Of a DNA stretch of 54,693 bases, positions 48,559-54,693 are shown piece by piece (positions within the stretch are counted from its first letter, which is position 1; each line of letters opens with the position of its first letter). The translations under genes were made by a program, and so were the position numbers. This DNA comes from Nemertoderma westbladi (taxonomy: Eukaryota > Animalia > Xenacoelomorpha). The notes under the pieces are model-generated. The model was not told the DNA's origin. It did not search any database and saw only the letters and a program-made list of their open reading frames with translations. The stretch covers positions 1 through 54,693 of the forward strand of contig JAUCBJ010008250.1 of assembly GCA_032718475.1 (NCBI GenBank), in the 5' to 3' direction.

Positions 48559-49096
48559 TGTGACGGGATCATCCGGAGATGAACCCGATTTATCCTGTTT
48601 TAGTTCACGCGTCCCCGCCGTGTGAAAGAGTGTAAGTTGAGGTTACTGTTGTTCGTTATATTGTGATCTTGAGACGTGATATAGATATAGATATAGATTG
48701 ATGTTATACACTGACGTTCACAGGTTGACGGGATGACGGTAACTAAAATCCCGGTACTTCCCTAATTGTAACTTACTGTACCACCAGTAACACTGAGATA
48801 ACTGAGGTAATATGATTACTGCTTACTGGTTATATCGCACGGTGGCCTTATTGCTACTCAATCGGTGCCAGCCCCCCTCTGATTGGTTGCTACCCTTGTT
48901 GGCGCCCTTTGAGGTGTTCCCGTTCACCCCAGCTATTCTCTCCCTTGTCAGGATACTAACCCCTGACCCTTATTGTGTGCTTCTCCTTCCCATTCTGTTG
49001 GGGAGACACGAGTTGGTTTGGGACCTAATCTCGTGTCCCCCAATATTGCTTATTGGCTTAACTTTGTGGAGTATTGGCGGGATTGATTCGCTAACA
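48559..49096 (-). repeat. 5' LTR of the BEL element
   Basis: Matches 37058-37595; minus-strand CCAAT (~48885), TATAA (~48833) and TCAGTT initiator-like motif (~48803). Confidence 0.96.
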
Positions 49097-49169
49097 ATCA
49101 TTTTATGTTTTTTCTATTTCCAAGAGGAAAACGTGCAAGGTTTAGAATAGCTTTACAACTATACGTGAA

Positions 49170-49760
49170 AAAAGTTAGAATAGCGTTAGATTTCAACATA
49201 GCCGACATGTTAAAATAGCGTTAGATTTCAACGTAGCAGTCATGTTAGAATAGCGTTAGATTTCAAAGTAGCAAACATGTTAGAATAGCGTTAGATGTCA
49301 ACGTTAGAATTGCGTCAGATTTCAACGTAGCAGACTTGTTAGAATAGCGTTAGATGTCAACGTTAGAATTGCGTCAGATTTCAACGTAGCAGACATGTTA
49401 GAATAGCGTTAGATGTCAACGTTAGAATTGCGTCAGATTTCAACGTAGCAGACATGTTAGAATAGCGTTAGATGTCAACGTTAGAATTGCGTCAGATTTC
49501 AACGTAGCAGACATGTTAGAATAGCGTTAGATGTCAACGTTAGAATTGCGTCAGATTTCAACGTAGCAGACATGTTAGAATAGCGTTAGATGTCAACGTT
49601 AAAATTGCGTCAGATTTCAACGTAGCAGACATGTTAGAATAGCGTTAGATGTCAACGTTAGAATTGCGTCAGATTTCAACGTAGCAGACATGTTAGAATA
49701 GCGTTAGATGTCAACGTTAGAATTGCGTCAGATTTCAACGTTGGAATAGCGCTTAATTAC
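49170..49760. repeat. 59 bp satellite built from 24+24+11 bp subunits (GTTAGAATAGCGTTAGATGTCAAC...)
   Basis: About 8 near-perfect units with degenerate edges. Confidence 0.92.
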
Positions 49761-50239
49761 AACGTAATTCGTACTCGTTAGGAAGTCGTTGTTCTGAAAC
49801 ATTTTGTTGGGCGACAAACAGGCGTGTTCACCAACGAAGAAATGCGTTAGATTACAACGTTGTCTGTGTTGTAAAACAACGAATTTTTACCGTTGTAAAA
49901 ACGTTACATGGTTAGCATGTTCTGGTCAGCAACTCCTACACCAGACGTCTCACAGGATCTGAGTGACTCGTTAGAAGACTCAAGTACAAATGATGACTCA
50001 TCCTCCGAACCAACACAACGATATGAGCAACATATGTCTGTCTGTATAGGTATGTTGCCTATCAAATGGTCTAAATAAATACTTTATAGTCAATATAGTT
50101 AAAGTCCTACAGTAAGTTATTAGTTTAGTCCTACAGTAAGTTATTAGTTTATTAATTATTTACTATTTATGCTGTAAATACGTTTTATAATAAATTGTTC
50201 TGTACATTACATCTTTATCGTTGAGTCGGGCATTGTCAC

Positions 50240-50476
50240 GCTCTCGGTAAAGTTGTACATGTACATAGTGTAATTACGTTTTATATTGGTTGTAGGTTAG
50301 CGTAGTGTAATATTGTATTTGTAACCAAGTAACATAAAGGACCCCCTTGGAAATAAGCTACAAAGCTTTAGGGGTAATCCTATATGTTATGTTGGACAAT
50401 ACCTTTATACCGGTACATTGTTTGGTGTATTTGTTATTGTTTTTACATAATGTATAAATAAATCTATCTATCTATA
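50240..50476 (+). mobile_element. Probable CR1/L2-group LINE 3' tail
   Basis: Stem-loop-like GGACCCCCTTGGAAATAAGC...GCTTTAGGGGTAATCC, then AATAAA and a (TCTA)n tail. Confidence 0.45.
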
Positions 50477-51577
50477 GTTACAATGACCGCATATGAATCA
50501 CGTGGTATTCTTATTTTGACCGTTAAATTTTAGCGAAACTAAAAGTTTGTTCAGTTCAAACCCAAGGTGCAACTCTACCATATAGCCAAGTGATACTCTT
50601 CCAATCGTTCATGGCCAGCCCGCCCACCATCCGATATTCTATCATTGCGCATATGGCGTCTTGATAGATTTTAATCATTCAATAATTTTCAACTATTTTA
50701 GGTTCAAATAAGGACATACGCCCGAGAATAGACCTGATAATCACCACGATTCTCACCACCCACTCTAGAAATTTTATTGATATCATTTGAGCCGTTATTG
50801 CCGTTAGTAGTCAGATATCATTCTTACAGTAAATGTTAACCGTAATAATCGTAAATTGTATTATATGAGGCTGCAATCTGTGACTTTGGTCGATTTTACT
50901 GTGTAGATACTGCCCTAACAAACCCAGAAGAGCTATATAATAGCCTATATATTACGTAATAAATTATAATATGTTGAGCTAACTATTACCGTCAGCTGGT
51001 GTTTTATTGCTTTTCATCTGTATTGTCCATACCTTGAATGTATTACCTACCGGTAACGCACTAAAAATGTTATGTGTGCAGTTGAGTAGGCTGCCGTCCT
51101 CCTGAGGCAAATCCATGTAACGTGAATTTTGCCGAAAACGAGATATTGGTATCATTATCACGCTTAGGGCGAGCTCTATCAGGTGGTAGAACTTAATGAA
51201 TTTAATAATGAACATCCCCAGTGGGATAAATGACATAGACCATACTACTGTATAAAATATAGAAGCACAATAAACCTACTGTACAACAGATTGTACGACA
51301 CAGTACGGTATATACAGTATTACAACTGTACTATATATAATGTGCATTTGGGGGGGGGGGGGGGGGGGTGCTAAAGCGTAATACACCTCTAATATTTGAC
51401 CAGATTCCCACAATTGTGCAACACTTTCCGCTAATAGTTGTCTCAAATCACGAAAAAAATTATCTCGCCAAGTTTCAAGCTATGTTAGGGGAATTTAATT
51501 TGCCAGATAAATTTTCAGTGTGTTTTTTACCTTGCGCCCCCATGCAGCTGCCATGGGAATAAATAGTAAATATACAT

Positions 51578-51870
51578 GTTAGGTGAATCGCTTCCACCCG
51601 TTTACTGTTAGGTGTATCGTTTCCAAGGTGTATCGTTCCACCTGTTTACTGTTAGGTGTATCGCTTCCAAGGTGTATCACTTCCACCCGTTTACTGTTAG
51701 GTGTATCACTTCCACCCGTTTACTGATTGCTTCCACCCGTTTAATGTTACGTGTATCGCTTCCACCCGTTTACTGTTAGTTGTATCGCTTCCACCTATTT
51801 ACTGTTAGGTGTATTGTTTCCATAAGATTACTGTTAGGTTTGTTGTTCCCATTTTAGGTGTATCATTTCC
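51578..51870. repeat. ~29 bp minisatellite GTTAGGTGTATCGCTTCCACCCGTTTACT
   Basis: Units visible directly. Confidence 0.85.
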
Positions 51871-52047
51871 ATGGATTGTACGTGTAGCGGCCAGATAGAC
51901 TCATCCACTATGTGGCTCGCCCCATATACATACATTGTACTGCAGGACTTGCATGCGATTATTTACCAGTACTACAGTACTGTGTACTTGTTGCACTGTA
52001 TTCAAGGACTACTGAAGCTACTGTAGACTCAGTAACTTTGTAGCTGA

Positions 52048-52125
52048 GCCAAGTTTCCGGTGTAGTGGTTGCATTGAATTCACATCTACCGTAGGTCGTG
52101 GGTTCGATCCTCACATGGGCCAGGG
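52048..52125 (+). mobile_element. tRNA-like head (SINE fragment or tRNA pseudogene)
   Basis: A-box-like GGTGTAGTGG and B box GGTTCGATCC at tRNA-like spacing; no clean cloverleaf. Confidence 0.5.
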
Positions 52126-52169
52126 CAGTTTTCGTTTCGGCACGAATGCTTTAAAGGGACCAGCCAGGG

Positions 52170-52565
52170 CGCATCTCTGCCTTGCATCCTTGAGTGGTAG
52201 CTAAATGAGGGAACACGATTCCAGAAAACATTCATAGACGTTTCAATATTTAATCCCCTATAGCAGATACAAATGCAGCAATGACGCTGGAGGGAGCGCA
52301 CGTGTTCCACGAGGCAAGGAAACGGAACAAGTATGAGGAAGGGGTGCGGGAGGTAGAGATTGCAACATTCACCCCACTGATATTCTCTGCGTTTGGTGGA
52401 ATGTCGCAGACTACTACCCAGTTCATGAAACACCTTTCCTCAAAGCTGGCCACCAAACGAGATGTCCGGTACTATCAGAATGCATCAACTGTGTAAGGCG
52501 ACAAGTGAGTTTTGCACTCCTTTGAGCCAGCCTCATGTGTCTCCGTGGGTCGCGCTCGGCACGCA
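52170..52565 (+). mobile_element. Fragment of a CRE-like restriction-like endonuclease domain (different subfamily)
   Basis: FIDVSIFNP, HEARKRNKYEE, TFTPLIFSAFGGM, MCLRGSRS, with stops and frameshifts. Confidence 0.7.
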
Positions 52566-53024
52566 ACTGCCTATTCATCATGTTGCCGACACCTCCATAA
52601 TATTAGCCAACTCAAACTGCGAGGTGCACGGCTAACTCCCGTTGCTGAACTTTTAACGAACTATTTTTATTTTTATACAATTTTTTAATAATAAGAGATG
52701 CCTTTTTTTCATAATTAAATACATATTTTACAGTTTTTAACATTCTTGTGCTATTGTATATTTTACTATCGGTTGATATATGCCCTAATGATAAATAAAA
52801 TTTAAAAAAAAAGTTTGTGTGCAAAAAAAAAACTGAAACTAGGACTACTTTAGTAGTCCTTGACTGTATTACATATTGTGCGCTTCGGTATATTATATAT
52901 ATCAATACCCCAATATACGGTAGCTTACCATAACAGTACCTGAATTCTTATTCATCCCTTGCCTACACCTACAGATGTACCGTGACGACCGAACGCGTAC
53001 ACCGGAGTGTACTCGTCCAACAAT

Positions 53025-54246
53025 CGTTACATTGGTGACATTGGTGACCCAGACAGAACTCATATAATAGGCCCTATACTGCTATACGATATACAACGCA
53101 AAAATTGACCAGAAACCTAAACTCGTATTACATAATCAGGATATTTATCAATGACGACGACCAAAGCCAGCACGATCTAACAGACCCAGCTGTCAGCAAC
53201 CTACTACCAGCGGCCTCTGTATCGCGTGTTGCTGTAACAAGCCTCCAGTCTTTTTCCGCTCCAATCCAGCTGTGTGGTTCAGACTTCTAGAGTCCCATAT
53301 TTCACTCTTGCAGGAATTACCAACTCACCAATGCAGTTCCTCCACATGATGGCCAATCTCCCCGAGGACGTGGCCCTCAACGCATTGATATGTCAACAAC
53401 TACAGAACTATATACATGTAGGACGGCTCTAAAACGCAAATTCTTCAACTGTACCAGAAAACAAAACCTGCACTCCTCGAGGAAGCCCTTGGCCAGGTTT
53501 CTCTAGATGGCCAGAAGCCATCGCTCGTCTACCACCGTATCAGGCGCAAGCTGAGCGAGTGCAATCGTACTGGCTGATGATGACCCCCCCCCCCCCCCCC
53601 CCCCCCCGGCATAAACTCCTCCAAGCTCTTCCGATAACAGCTCGCTCTGTCCTGATTGCGCAACAAGGACTTCCGCCGGAGGAATTCGCCGCACTCGCAG
53701 ACATCAACCTCCAGTTTACTCAGAGCAACCAACGCTAACACTCCAACCATTGTCAAAGTCGAACAACCTGTCAACCCTAACCCAAACTGCCCAGGTGAGT
53801 ATTACTCTCCACAGGCCGAACCCTACAACCATTACCAGTCATGTCAGCCATACAACCGTCGGCCTAACTACCCACAGGCTATGGATTACCCTAGACAAAT
53901 GGCCCCATATGGCGCATTATTACCTTTTAATAAGGGGCAGAAACCAAAAATCTGCCGGTATCACGTCTATTACGCAGACACTGCCAAGCGATGCAGTGCG
54001 TGGTGCCCCTGGCTGGGAGAATGCACCGCCCACATTACACCTTCATCTCGCCCCAACTCACGTAGTTCTTCCCCCACCCATGAGGGAAACTACGTAGCAA
54101 CCCTCAATACTGCCGCTGCAAGTACTGAGGGCACTGCCGTTTTTGGACTAACCACAGCACTATCCACACCAAAATCAAAAAACTCTGTCACATTTTTAGT
54201 TGACACCAGCTCGCAAGTTTCACTCCATCTACTGCCAAACATTTAA
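53025..54246 (+). mobile_element. Degenerate Ty3/Gypsy 5' region (PBS, gag, start of protease)
   Basis: ...GTTACA followed by TGGTGAC(CC), a PBS-like motif present twice; broken gag; ICRYH...CSAWCPW knuckle; FLVDTSSQVS protease motif. Confidence 0.75.
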
Positions 54247-54693
54247 TATGGTCTCAAACGCCTATAAGTTTAAAGTGTTTTCATGACTTGAATCTTGGAC
54301 AAAATGTTTGTAGTTCGATTTGGTTTGAACAACGTCGTTATACCAATTCAAATACTCAGATTTTCCTCCTTGTACGTGCTTTCTAGAGCAGGTCAGGTCA
54401 GGTATTCTAGGTCATTGATCAAGAAAACTTGCCACCTCCATGCAGCATAAAGGAGGTGCCACCTGTAGCTGCATAGACCCTCTTACTAGGGCAAATCAGG
54501 TCCTGTAACTAGGACCCCCTTCGTTCTGGGATATGGACGCCCTTGGTCCTGGATTAAGGACCCATATACTTGGCTGCAGGGGTATATGGCCTGGCCAGTC
54601 AGATGGTGGTCTACCAATGGCTGGTCAGAAGTAGAGTGTTCTCATGTCCACTCTGAGTGCACTTCACTGCGACCTGCACCTGGGAGCAGGGGC

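Larger units (their letters stand above)
37058..49096 (-). mobile_element. Full-length BEL/Pao LTR retrotransposon
   Basis: Two 538 bp TG...CA LTRs, a single 2912 aa gag-pol ORF and a polypurine tract next to the 3' LTR. Confidence 0.97.

Noticed and set aside
39873-48582. Many plus-strand ORFs up to 350 aa
   Set aside because: Antisense shadows of the BEL gag-pol. The same applies to shadow ORFs over the Gypsy and CRE elements.
49170-49760. CRISPR-like appearance of this and other tandem arrays (3720, 39065, 51578)
   Set aside because: No unique spacers, no cas genes, eukaryotic context.

Overview
AT-rich, repeat-dense animal (probably invertebrate) genomic DNA with no prokaryotic features. 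From left to right: (1) the right end of a Maverick/Polinton element (1-2499), with a packaging ATPase that runs off the window edge and is absent from the ORF track, a Sina-like RING gene, an ORFan and an ACTACT terminus; (2) an ~8 kb segmental duplication (2500-10529 vs ~26470-34047), whose copies serve as filled/empty-site pairs for several insertions; (3) two spliced host genes, a Ly6/uPAR three-finger gene (two exons found) and a complete three-exon secreted fibrinogen-related (FReD) gene, whose paralog appears to carry the Maverick in intron 1; (4) a degenerate Ty3/Gypsy pol; (5) a CRE-like non-LTR retrotransposon with an N-terminal Ulp1/SENP-like protease, interrupted by a solo LTR; (6) an intact 12 kb BEL/Pao LTR retrotransposon with apparently identical 538 bp LTRs but no tRNA primer-binding site and no target-site duplication; (7) RTE-like LINE fragments, SINEs, MITEs and minisatellites. 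All family assignments come from motifs read by eye; no searches were run.
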